A DNA stretch of 24,000 nucleotides, taken from positions 4,184 to 28,183 of the forward strand of contig SDNY01000042.1 of the NCBI GenBank assembly GCA_004524535.1, in the 5' to 3' direction. How positions within the stretch are numbered: the stretch's first letter is position 1; the number at the start of each line of letters is the position of its first letter. A program made the position numbers and the translations under genes. Origin of the DNA: Promethearchaeota archaeon. GTDB lineage: Archaea > Asgardarchaeota > Lokiarchaeia > Sigyniarchaeales > SOKP01. Of this stretch, positions 7,997 through 16,820 are shown one piece after another. The notes beneath the pieces are model-generated. The model was not told where the DNA came from, searched no databases, and was given only the letters and a program-made list of their open reading frames with translations.

Positions 7997-8800
7997 ATGA
8001 TAGAGGAGAAAAGTAAGACTAAACCTTTCTTATTCACTCAAAAGGATGCAGTAGCAATAATATCAATAAATAAACCCCCAATGAACACCATGAGTTTGGA
8101 GTTCTTCGATAAGTTGGAAAAACTTGTCCCGAAGCTCTCCGAAGACCGAAATGTTCGCGCCATCGTTATTACGGCAGAAGGGGAGGATAATTTCTCTGTG
8201 GGTATGGATCTTAAACAGATTGCAGGGGTAGGGCGCAACAAAAAGCGTATACAAGACATCTTAGACCAACGCTTACGAGTCCTCAATGCGATTGAGAAAA
8301 TGAGAAAGCCCGTAGTGGCCACACTTTTTGGATATTGCCTTGGAGGGGGATTAGAACTACCTCTATCATGCCATTTTCGACTAGCTGCTGAAAAAGGTGC
8401 AAAGATCGGTCTACCTGAGCTGGATCTAGGCACGGTCCCAGCATGGGGAGGAAGCGCACGCTTAACCCGATGTGTGGGGCGATTATACGCACTTGATATG
8501 ATACTCCGAGCTAAAAAGATTTCTGGTCCGGAAGCATATCGGATTGGCTTAGTAAACGAAGTTGTCCCAAACGCAGAGCTTAAAGATCGTGCTTTTGAGT
8601 TAGCTAAAGAACTTTCTGATATGCCAATGATGGCCGTTTCTGAAATGCTAAGTTGTATAGTTGAATACGGAGATCAACCATTACAGCAAGGATTATATCA
8701 GGAACGCCAAGCAGTACTTAAAACTATGGGTACAAAGGACAACATGGAAGGAATGATGGCTTTCCTCCAAAAACGCAAACCAAAATTCAACCAATTCTGA
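7997..8800 (+). CDS. Enoyl-CoA hydratase/isomerase (crotonase superfamily)
   Basis: 267 aa. AIVITAEGEDNFSVGMDLK, GYCLGGGLELPLSCHFRLAAEKGAKIGLPELDLGTVPAWGGSARLTRCVG and a C-terminal EGMMAFLQKRKPKF are classic crotonase-fold motifs. AGGAG SD lies 6 nt before the ATG. Confidence 0.9.
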   Translation: MIEEKSKTKPFLFTQKDAVAIISINKPPMNTMSLEFFDKLEKLVPKLSEDRNVRAIVITAEGEDNFSVGMDLKQIAGVGRNKKRIQDILDQRLRVLNAIEKMRKPVVATLFGYCLGGGLELPLSCHFRLAAEKGAKIGLPELDLGTVPAWGGSARLTRCVGRLYALDMILRAKKISGPEAYRIGLVNEVVPNAELKDRAFELAKELSDMPMMAVSEMLSCIVEYGDQPLQQGLYQERQAVLKTMGTKDNMEGMMAFLQKRKPKFNQF

Positions 8801-8840
8801 ATTTTAAATTATCCACAGTTGCTTTATCCTATATTTATAT

Positions 8841-9257
8841 TCATCCTATCAACTTATTCCGCTTCCAATGGAACCAAAGGTCTCCCAGTAATTGGATTGT
8901 CCCAGGGATTAACGCAATATAAGCACCTAGAATAAGATAAATTATCGAAATCACTGCATACCATATAAGCGCACCTTTTAGAAATGGAGTTATTGGATCC
9001 ATTTTGAGCATCGGATATAAGAGAATGATGCTAAGGATATTTATCCCAATTACTATATACATTGAGACCGTCGCATCAAATCTAAAGCTTTCGGGAAATT
9101 TAATATTCCATATTATCACTAGGATTATTGCCATAATATTACAGAGGAAAATCCATATCATAAAAATGGGGATAAAGGTTTTTGGAGCATCCTTCCTTTC
9201 GAGTGTCATAAAAAAATGAATGAATTTTTTATTAAAAAAGATTATATTATAATTCAT
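8841..9257 (-). CDS. Small integral membrane protein (about 4 predicted TM helices), unknown function
   Basis: 138-aa ORF dominated by hydrophobic stretches (FIPIFMIWIFLCNIMAIILVIIW, MYIVIGINILSIILLYPM, ALIWYAVISIIYLILGAYIALIPG). The real start may be the internal Met (MTLERKD). Confidence 0.5.
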   Translation of the reverse strand: MNYNIIFFNKKFIHFFMTLERKDAPKTFIPIFMIWIFLCNIMAIILVIIWNIKFPESFRFDATVSMYIVIGINILSIILLYPMLKMDPITPFLKGALIWYAVISIIYLILGAYIALIPGTIQLLGDLWFHWKRNKLIG

Positions 9258-9426
9258 TAATATAATTTAATAAGTATGATTTCTAGACGAGAGATTAGTA
9301 ATTTAGATGTTTAAGTTTATATTTTTCCCACTTTTAATATTATCGTTTTATGCTAAAGATTTTTTAAATTCAAAAAATTTACCTTTTTACCCAAATATTT
9401 ACAATTAAATATGAGATAAATTAAAT

Positions 9427-10485
9427 TTGAAGGGATTCCCTCTATTTGACGATGTTGGTAGCTTTCCACTGCCTGATAATGTGGATATTGAATGGTATCG
9501 CAAATTCTATTGGGTAACTTACAAAGCAATTATTAATAAAAATGAAAATGATATTTTAGAGCATACAGGAATTAATAATTATTTCATAAATCCGTTTCTT
9601 AATTCATTCCAATTAAAACTAAAAGCGGGAGTAGAAATAATCAATTACCCTCAGCATTTAGATATGTACAATCAATTCTTAAAACCAATTTCAGAATACG
9701 AAACTGCCCCAGGTTTAATAAATCCTCAAAATGCTTTTATACCCGAGATATTTATCCTTAAGAATTTTGCAAAAAATAATTATGAAGAAACGGGACATCC
9801 TTTAGATGTTAAAATTTGTGTTACAGGCCCATTAGAATTATATATTAAACAGCATAATTTTACTGTGTACTTAGATTTGGCTTTAAATTTTGCAAGATCA
9901 GTAAACTCCTTTATAAAAAGTGCGATAGTCAATAATAAATATATAAAAACATCTGTCGTTGCGATTGATGAGCCTTCCTTCGGTTATGTTGATATGTTTA
10001 ATATAACCAATGATGATATCATCAATATCTTTGATAAATCTTTAGAAGGTATTGATACCACAAATCAAATTCATCTTCATACTTTAAATAAAGCTATCCT
10101 TCCAATGCAGACAAAAAAGATTGATGTGTTAACATGTGAATACGCTTCAGATCCGAGCAATAAAATTCCGAAAAAAGAATTGGATCAGTACGATAAATTT
10201 ATTCGAGTGGGCATCACTAGAACCAATATTGATAACATTATCGCTGAGAAATTAGATATGGGAAGTTCTTTAGATGATTTCAAAACTATTTCGGGAAAAT
10301 TAAGCTTAATTGATTCTAAAGAAAGGATTAGAAAAAATTTATTAACTGCGATTGAATTATACGGCGAACGGCTAAAATTCATAGGACCCGATTGCGGTTT
10401 AGGAGGTTGGGAACTTCCACAAATCGCTTTTGAATTACTCCGTCGAACAAGTGGAGTCATAGAACAAATCAAAAAAGAAATGTAA
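9427..10485 (+). CDS. Cobalamin-independent methionine synthase (MetE) C-terminal-domain-like / UROD-fold methyltransferase-like protein
   Basis: 352 aa, TTG start. N-terminal FDDVGSFPLP resembles the TTxxGSxPRP of short archaeal MetE. VAIDEPSFG, IHLHT and FIGPDCGLGGW are colinear with the MetE IQIDEPA / HxC / PDCGL blocks. Confidence 0.55.
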   Translation: MKGFPLFDDVGSFPLPDNVDIEWYRKFYWVTYKAIINKNENDILEHTGINNYFINPFLNSFQLKLKAGVEIINYPQHLDMYNQFLKPISEYETAPGLINPQNAFIPEIFILKNFAKNNYEETGHPLDVKICVTGPLELYIKQHNFTVYLDLALNFARSVNSFIKSAIVNNKYIKTSVVAIDEPSFGYVDMFNITNDDIINIFDKSLEGIDTTNQIHLHTLNKAILPMQTKKIDVLTCEYASDPSNKIPKKELDQYDKFIRVGITRTNIDNIIAEKLDMGSSLDDFKTISGKLSLIDSKERIRKNLLTAIELYGERLKFIGPDCGLGGWELPQIAFELLRRTSGVIEQIKKEM

Positions 10486-10631
10486 AAAAATGCAAAAGAA
10501 ATTTACATAATTGCAATTATTTACTAAAGTCTCTTTTATTATAAAAACAATAGATTTAAATAGTCTTTTCACTATTTTTTAAGTGTAAAGGACTTATTGA
10601 CAAAAAGTAATTTACATGTCCCAAAATAAAG

Positions 10632-11258
10632 GTGGTAAATGTGTCGGACGATTATGATGAATTTATAGACAATATAAAAAAATTGTTTAAATTTAATTCA
10701 AAATTTTTTGATGCAGATTTCTTTTTTATTCCAGAATCGGATAATAATTTAGATTTTGATAAGAAAAATACTAGAGGATTTAAAGTTTCATATCACTATG
10801 ATTCAGGAATGGACGAGCCAGATATCAAAATAGAAGGTAATATAGATGAGAAAAAACTTCGAGAATATTTTCAGAAGCATAATATTAAAGTAGACTCGAG
10901 ATTTAAGAATATATTCAATCCTAAGCAAATAGGAGAAATTGACGCTAGCGAACTTACTTTAGAACCAGAACCTGGTATACATACAGCAGAATCACGCGTT
11001 ATGGAACCATATACAGAAATTAACGATTTTGACAATTCTTATGAGATTATGGTTGAAGTTCCTGGTATAAATAAGGACGATATTATCTTAAATTTAAACG
11101 AATTAGATAGAAAAATAATATTTTCTGCTCGAAATTACCTAAAGCATTATCTTAAACATATTTATTTACCCTTTAATATTTCTATGGAGGATTACAACTT
11201 AGAAGTTAATAATGGGATTGCGACATTAAAGTTTAGAAAGAATTCAAATCAAGATTAA
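10632..11258 (+). CDS. Hsp20/alpha-crystallin-domain protein with a long N-terminal extension
   Basis: C-terminal part EPYTEINDFDNSYEIMVEVPGINKDDIILNLNELDRKIIFSAR...LEVNNGIATLKFRK fits the ACD pattern (xPGvxkeDIxv...L.I...nGvL.i...K). The likely true start is GTG 10641, 5 nt after GGTGG, rather than GTG 10632. Confidence 0.65.
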   Translation: MVNVSDDYDEFIDNIKKLFKFNSKFFDADFFFIPESDNNLDFDKKNTRGFKVSYHYDSGMDEPDIKIEGNIDEKKLREYFQKHNIKVDSRFKNIFNPKQIGEIDASELTLEPEPGIHTAESRVMEPYTEINDFDNSYEIMVEVPGINKDDIILNLNELDRKIIFSARNYLKHYLKHIYLPFNISMEDYNLEVNNGIATLKFRKNSNQD

Positions 11259-11323
11259 ATCTTAATTAATAAATAGTATTATATTAATTGAAAAAAAATA
11301 AAAATTAATATACTGGGAAAAAG

Positions 11324-13546
11324 ATGAGTGGTTTTACAAGTGGATATGAAAGAGAGGGGAATAAGTTAAGAGTAAAAGATGCTTTTAAGGAAGATGCTGG
11401 ACGGGGTATTGTAAGAATTGATCCTGATTTAACGGCAGAATTAAATATAAAAACAGGAGATGTTATAGAAATATCCCATCCTACAACTAATTTAAAAACT
11501 GCAGCATTGTTATACCCTGGAAGGTTAGAAGATAAAGGAGCTGGCATAATTCGAATCGATCAATCCTTGAGAAGAAATTTAGGCGCTTCTTTAGATGACA
11601 TCGTGGAAATTCGCAAAATAGAAGCTGCCTTAGCAAGTAAAATAACATTTGCGGGTTTAAAAGAAGCTGTAATATTAAGAAATCCTCAACAATTAGCGAG
11701 AAAATTAGAGAATCGTGTAATTACAAAAGACGATCTTATAAGTTTTTACGCTTATGCTCGTAGAGTAGATCTTGTGGTTGTAGATTTTCATCCGAAAGCT
11801 GATGCGGTTCGAATCCATTTAGACACGAAGGTTGTTTTTAGTGAAAAAAGTCATATGGAGCTTATAGAGTTAGAGAAAGCAAAAGTTACTTACGAGGATA
11901 TAGGAGGGTTAGAAGAAGAAATTCAGAGAATCCGTGAAATGATTGAATTACCTATAAGACACCCCGAGTTGTACAAAAGAATTGGAATTAATCCTCCCAA
12001 AGGCGTTTTACTTCATGGACCCCCTGGTACAGGGAAAACATTGTTAGCAAGAGCAGTCTCATACGAGACTGATGCCCATTTTATAACGATTAGCGGACCT
12101 GAAATTATGAGCAAATTTTATGGTCAAAGTGAAGAAAATCTTCGCAAAATTTTCGACGATGCAAAGGATAACGCTCCTTCAATAATTTTTATTGATGAAT
12201 TAGATTCGATAGCTCCTAAAAGAGGCGAAGTAACTGGTGAAGTAGAGAGGAGAGTTGTTGCTCAACTTCTTTCCTTGTTAGATGGTTTGGAAGGAAGAGG
12301 TGAAACTATTGTCATCGGAGCAACTAATAGAGTAAATGATATTGATCCTGCGCTTAGAAGACCTGGAAGATTTGACCGTGAAATTGAAATTGGCGTCCCA
12401 GACACAGATGGACGATATGAAATATTATTAATTCACACGCGTGGAATGCCATTATATAAAGATGTTAATTTACGATTAATGGCTGAAAAAACTCACGGAT
12501 TTGTTGGAGCAGATGTCGAAGCATTGGCAAAAGAAGCGGCAATGTTATCAATAAGAGAAATATTGCCAAAAATTGATTTAGAGAAACCTATCCCCCCTGA
12601 AATTTTAAACAATCTTCAAATTACAATGAATCATTTTGAATCTGCGTTAAATAGTATTGAACCTTCAGCATTAAGAGAAGTCTTGATAACACAACCTACT
12701 GAAACTTGGGAAGATATTGGTGGTTTAGAAGAGGTAATCTTACAATTAAAGGAAGTAATCGAGTGGCCTTTAAAATATCCTGAATTATATCGCCATTTGA
12801 ATTCAAAACCTCCAAATGGAATTTTACTTCATGGACCCCCTGGTACTGGGAAAACATTGTTAGCGAAGGCATTAGCTCATGAGAGCGAATTGAATTTTAT
12901 TTCGGTTAAGGGCCCCGAATTTTTATCCAAATGGGTTGGCGAAAGTGAAAAAGCAGTGAGAGAAACTTTTCGAAAAGCAAGGTCAGCATCTCCTTGTATT
13001 ATTTTCTTCGATGAAATTGATGCTATAGCAGCAATAAGGGGAAGATCAGCTGGTTCTCACGTAACTGAATCAGTTATATCACAATTACTAACTGAAATGG
13101 ATGGATTAGAAGGATTAAAAGATGTTATTTTACTTGCTGCAACAAATAGGGTTGATATGCTCGATCCAGCAATGTTACGTTCAGGAAGATTCGGCAGACA
13201 CATTGAAATACCAATGCCTGATAAAAAAGCACGCAAAGAAATATTTAAAATTCATCTTAAGAATAAACCCTTAGCTAAAGATGTTGATATTGATAAAATG
13301 ACACAAAGTATGGAAAATTATACTGGTGCAGATATACAAGGAATATGCGAAGAAGCAACTCTGTTAACTATTCGAAGAGCTCTAGCCGATCCTACGATTA
13401 ATTCACAAGATTCAGAATCAGTAAAGAAAGTAAAAATTTCAAAAAAGGAATTCGATGATGCTATGGAGAAAATATTAAAATCCGCAGACCGGGCTAAAAT
13501 TGCTCAAGATAGATATGCAAAAGAACCAGAAGAAATGTATAGATGA
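11324..13546 (+). CDS. cdc48: Cdc48/VAT/p97-type AAA+ ATPase (N domain plus D1 plus D2)
   Basis: 740 aa. Cdc48-N-like start ([36 protein letters not shown]). Two Walker A loops ([11 protein letters not shown] twice). Walker B IIFIDELD and IIFFDEID. Second-region-of-homology Arg motifs. C-terminus ...EPEEMYR has the form hydrophobic-Tyr-X (HbYX). Confidence 0.95.
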   Translation: MSGFTSGYEREGNKLRVKDAFKEDAGRGIVRIDPDLTAELNIKTGDVIEISHPTTNLKTAALLYPGRLEDKGAGIIRIDQSLRRNLGASLDDIVEIRKIEAALASKITFAGLKEAVILRNPQQLARKLENRVITKDDLISFYAYARRVDLVVVDFHPKADAVRIHLDTKVVFSEKSHMELIELEKAKVTYEDIGGLEEEIQRIREMIELPIRHPELYKRIGINPPKGVLLHGPPGTGKTLLARAVSYETDAHFITISGPEIMSKFYGQSEENLRKIFDDAKDNAPSIIFIDELDSIAPKRGEVTGEVERRVVAQLLSLLDGLEGRGETIVIGATNRVNDIDPALRRPGRFDREIEIGVPDTDGRYEILLIHTRGMPLYKDVNLRLMAEKTHGFVGADVEALAKEAAMLSIREILPKIDLEKPIPPEILNNLQITMNHFESALNSIEPSALREVLITQPTETWEDIGGLEEVILQLKEVIEWPLKYPELYRHLNSKPPNGILLHGPPGTGKTLLAKALAHESELNFISVKGPEFLSKWVGESEKAVRETFRKARSASPCIIFFDEIDAIAAIRGRSAGSHVTESVISQLLTEMDGLEGLKDVILLAATNRVDMLDPAMLRSGRFGRHIEIPMPDKKARKEIFKIHLKNKPLAKDVDIDKMTQSMENYTGADIQGICEEATLLTIRRALADPTINSQDSESVKKVKISKKEFDDAMEKILKSADRAKIAQDRYAKEPEEMYR

Positions 13547-13585
13547 TTAAAATTTTAAATACAAATAAAAATATTAAATAAAAGT

Positions 13586-14422
13586 GTGAGTTTTTATATG
13601 GAAGTAGAAGAAAGTGAAGGAAATAGTAATTTTATCAGTTTAGATAATTTATTGGAAATATTGGGAAATCCAACGAGAAGATTAATTTTATCAAAATTAG
13701 CTAAAGTTCCTCACTCCACTTCAGAATTAGCTAATGAATTAGGAATATCAAGACAAGCAGTTCATAGTCAATTAAAAATTCTACTTAGTTATAATATAAT
13801 TGAAGAAATAATTCCCGAAAAGCCTGGAGGAGAATATTGTATTAAGAGTAATCTTTCAATAAGAATAGATATAAATCCTCATTATTACAATATTAAGTAT
13901 AGTTCAGAAGAAATAAAGGGAGATAGCGATATAATTCAACTCAAAGATACTGATTTTTCTTCTGATTATCAAAGAATTAAATCACCTAATAAAAAAATTA
14001 GATTCCTAGGAGAAAGAATTAAAGAAATAGAAGATAATGTCAGAATTTTAGAAATTGAGAGAAGTATGTTGCTACAAAATAAACAATGCTTTCTTGGTGA
14101 GCTAAAAAATATAATGGAACGGCAATATAAGGAAAAGCTTCTTAAATCAATTAAAGAACGACGTAAAAAAGATAAACTCATTAAGGAAAGTCTAAATTTG
14201 GGAGAAGAAATTTTTTTTACTTTGTTTTTCAATCCCGAAAAATATTTCAAAAAAACGTCTGTTAGTCTGTTAGATCGGTTAGTAGACGAGCTCTTTTCTT
14301 CAGATATGGATATAGATTTACGAGCGAGAAATCGAGTTTCAATAGAACCATTGCTTAAGGATTTATCAAAAATAATGGATTTTCTCCATGAAGAAGAAGA
14401 TGATTGGTTTTTTGATTTATAA
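13586..14422 (+). CDS. ArsR-type winged-HTH protein with a long coiled-coil and an acidic-aromatic C-terminal tail
   Basis: LLEILGNPTRRLILSKLAKVPHSTSELANELGISRQAVHSQLKILLSYNIIEE is a typical ArsR/SmtB-type HTH. A K/E/R-rich helical segment follows, and the tail is ...LHEEEDDWFFDL. In-frame ATG 13598 is a plausible alternative start. Begins 39 nt after the cdc48 stop. Confidence 0.65.
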   Translation: MSFYMEVEESEGNSNFISLDNLLEILGNPTRRLILSKLAKVPHSTSELANELGISRQAVHSQLKILLSYNIIEEIIPEKPGGEYCIKSNLSIRIDINPHYYNIKYSSEEIKGDSDIIQLKDTDFSSDYQRIKSPNKKIRFLGERIKEIEDNVRILEIERSMLLQNKQCFLGELKNIMERQYKEKLLKSIKERRKKDKLIKESLNLGEEIFFTLFFNPEKYFKKTSVSLLDRLVDELFSSDMDIDLRARNRVSIEPLLKDLSKIMDFLHEEEDDWFFDL

Positions 14423-14449
14423 TTTAGTAAAAATTAAAACAAAAATCGG

Positions 14450-14959
14450 GTGAATAATATAAATCTTAAAGAATTAAAGAAAGAAATTCCTGATATTTTT
14501 GAAAAGGTTAGAATTGATGTAAAGCAGATCCTTGGGCGCCATAGGGCTGGTCTAAACTTAGGTTTAGCAGAAATGGGAATGTATCGAGGCGGATTTATTG
14601 GCGGAATGCATTTCCCTCCAGGAACCGACATTGTTATGAATAAAACACCGTTGAAAATTATTCTTGAAGAACAACCCTATGAAATTGTTTGGGCCTACAC
14701 TTATCACATTCTTTTACACGAATACTTACATTCTCTTGGTATCTGGGATGAGAGATTATGTCGAGCCATAACCCTTAGGATTAGCGAAGAAATTTTTAAA
14801 GACGCAGACCATCCCGCAATAATTCTAGCAAAAAATGGGATTGGAACATATTTTCCTAATTTGCATTTGATATATGCTCCTTCTGAATATCATCCAGATG
14901 GAATTTCTATAGAATATGTAATGGATTTTGATAGAGAAAGCTATTCGTATTATTCATAA
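14450..14959 (+). CDS. Small putative zinc metallopeptidase-like protein (HExxHxxGxxD motif), otherwise uncharacterised
   Basis: 169 aa, GTG start 27 nt after the upstream stop. Contains YHILLHEYLHSLGIWDE, i.e. H-E-x-x-H-x-x-G-x-x-D. A later EYVMDF is a possible Met-turn. No signal peptide or TM segment is apparent. Confidence 0.5.
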   Translation: MNNINLKELKKEIPDIFEKVRIDVKQILGRHRAGLNLGLAEMGMYRGGFIGGMHFPPGTDIVMNKTPLKIILEEQPYEIVWAYTYHILLHEYLHSLGIWDERLCRAITLRISEEIFKDADHPAIILAKNGIGTYFPNLHLIYAPSEYHPDGISIEYVMDFDRESYSYYS

Positions 14960-15313
14960 ACTTTTTGCGAAAACATTTGAAAAATAATTTATTATAGGTG
15001 TAAAAAATTTTTACAAGAGTATGTTTTATTTTTCATAGATATTAAAATTAATTAGCAAGAAGAATTTAGAATGAGCGGTAAAAATAAAGCTGTATTTCCC
15101 AAGGCTAATACTGGCTTTATGATATTTTTAAAAACAGAAGGTAATTAAAGCTTTATTTTATAATCTCACAAATTTTAATTGGGTCTAAAAGTTTAAAAAC
15201 TCTAAATTTACTAGCTATTTAAATAGTAAAAAAATAAGAATATATAAAAAAAGAAAATACACTGAAATATTTTTAAAATTCGACAATTCATTAAATACTT
15301 ATTTGTGGTTTAA

Positions 15314-16687
15314 TTGGTTTATTTTCAGATTAGTCGCATAGGATTTAATTGCGGATATGATAAAAAAGAATGTGATAAATATCCAAATCATTGTACGGAA
15401 TGTGTTATGATTCGGATTCGAGAACTTGGTCTCGAAATAAATGATAATATAAGAGTTTTCGAGATGGATTCTGAAGAAAAACGCATGCAAATGCTACATG
15501 ACTTAATCTGGCAAAAATTCTTAGATGTTTTGAACTTAAAGCATATTTTAATATTGTCAAAAGAGTCTGGGTTACCTATTGTGAATTATCCAATTTCAAG
15601 GATAGGGATGGATATAGATTTATTGACCGGTTTTATGCAAGCGAATATTATTTTTTCTGAAACAGACAACGCTTCAGAAGATAGTACAAATTTTGCAACA
15701 GACCAACAATTCTACGAATTCAATTACAAAAACTTCAATGTCTTACTCAAAAATGGAGAATTTATAAGAGTCTGCTTGATATTGGACGAAATTGCTTCTG
15801 ACGACCTAAAGAATCTCCTTAATGCATTTTTGAACGTTTATGAAAGGAATTATCGAGATAAAATTATAGAGAATTTAAAAACAGGAGTTCTCAATTTTGA
15901 TGATACAATTGATTTTATGGTTGATACTTTCAATGTCAAATTAGTGTTTCCAATGGTTCTTACACATACTTTTTCCCCGGATGTAATAGAATCAATAAAT
16001 AAGAATTATATTCAAAAAGCAGCAGTAGACTTTGCTAAAGAATTTCTAGCATCAAAACCATTCTTTTTTATTAATAATTTACTTAATGAGGTTAAAACAA
16101 CTTTCAAGATTGATCCGAAGGTTATTCTTTATGAAATCTATCAGCTTTTAGAAAAAAATGTTATAATTCCCACTTCTCTTGAAACAGTTCAAAACCATGT
16201 TGAAACCTTTGAAGAAACATATGCAATAAGAATAGCTAGTAATAAACTAATTTCCCCAATAATTGCTGCTGATAATGAGATAGAAGAATTAAAAGAAAAA
16301 GCTAAACATATGGACAATGAAGAGGCAAAAGAATTAATAGATCAATTCATTAAGAAAGCTCAAACTGCCGAAAAGACTTTAGCCTATACAGAAGCCCAAA
16401 AAGAATATGAAAAAGCGCTTTATCTGGCAACCGGGTTTAATTTTAAAAAAACGATTGGTAAAATTTCATTCATGATTCTAGAACTTGATAAAAAGTATAA
16501 AGAAATGGAACTTGAATACACCCAAAATGCTGGGGAAAAAGCTGAGAAAAAGAGTGATTACTTCAATGCCATACGACATTATCAAAAAGCACTTTCTTTA
16601 CTTCGAGAGTTCTCGATTTATTCTGATAACAAGTCTAGTAGAAGGAAAATAGAAAAAAAAATTGCTAAACTTCAAACTCAACTATAA
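15314..16687 (+). CDS. Hypothetical protein: N-terminal 4-Cys knuckle, central mixed alpha/beta domain (roadblock/longin-like by eye), C-terminal TPR/MIT-like helical repeats
   Basis: 457-aa ORF, TTG start immediately after an in-frame TAA. The N-terminus may instead be an internal ATG. See finding for motifs. Confidence 0.55.
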   Translation: MVYFQISRIGFNCGYDKKECDKYPNHCTECVMIRIRELGLEINDNIRVFEMDSEEKRMQMLHDLIWQKFLDVLNLKHILILSKESGLPIVNYPISRIGMDIDLLTGFMQANIIFSETDNASEDSTNFATDQQFYEFNYKNFNVLLKNGEFIRVCLILDEIASDDLKNLLNAFLNVYERNYRDKIIENLKTGVLNFDDTIDFMVDTFNVKLVFPMVLTHTFSPDVIESINKNYIQKAAVDFAKEFLASKPFFFINNLLNEVKTTFKIDPKVILYEIYQLLEKNVIIPTSLETVQNHVETFEETYAIRIASNKLISPIIAADNEIEELKEKAKHMDNEEAKELIDQFIKKAQTAEKTLAYTEAQKEYEKALYLATGFNFKKTIGKISFMILELDKKYKEMELEYTQNAGEKAEKKSDYFNAIRHYQKALSLLREFSIYSDNKSSRRKIEKKIAKLQTQL

Positions 16688-16820
16688 ATTGATTTATTTG
16701 AGTTGATTTTTTAGAGATCTATTTATAAATTCTTAATAGCAATTATTTTTTTATTTTAACTTTTAGTCATTAAAATTAATTACCAAGAACAATTTTTATT
16801 ACTTAGTAGAAAGTGAAAAT

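Noticed and set aside
8038-8492. Three overlapping minus-strand ORFs (131, 63 and 69 aa) inside the crotonase gene
   Set aside because: These are shadow ORFs produced by the locally high G+C, which depletes stop codons. The plus-strand frame carries unmistakable crotonase motifs, and the antisense products are Arg/Ser/Pro-rich nonsense.
9411-10641. Upstream out-of-frame ATGs at 9411 and 10616 that could suggest further +1 frameshift cases (MetE-like and Hsp20-like genes)
   Set aside because: In both genes a canonical TTG/GTG start precedes all conserved sequence (for Hsp20, GTG 10641 with a GGTGG SD). No frameshift is needed, and ATGA tetramers are common by chance in AT-rich DNA.
12006-12864. 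Near-identical 43-nt repeat (12006..12048 versus 12822..12864, one mismatch)
   Set aside because: These are the D1 and D2 Walker A segments ([15 protein letters not shown]) of the same Cdc48 gene. This is an internal paralogous-domain repeat with shared codon choice, not a mobile or regulatory repeat.
15071-15148. 25-codon ORF (MSGKNKAVFPKANTGFMIFLKTEGN) in the 354-bp spacer before the 457-aa gene
   Set aside because: No SD, no motif, and a length expected by chance. Kept only as a note because the spacer is unusually long.
15215-15226. Perfect 12-bp palindrome CTATTTAAATAG
   Set aside because: It is made only of A/T plus terminal C/G in roughly 20% G+C DNA, so it is probably chance or simply a TATA-like box. 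No partner site is present.
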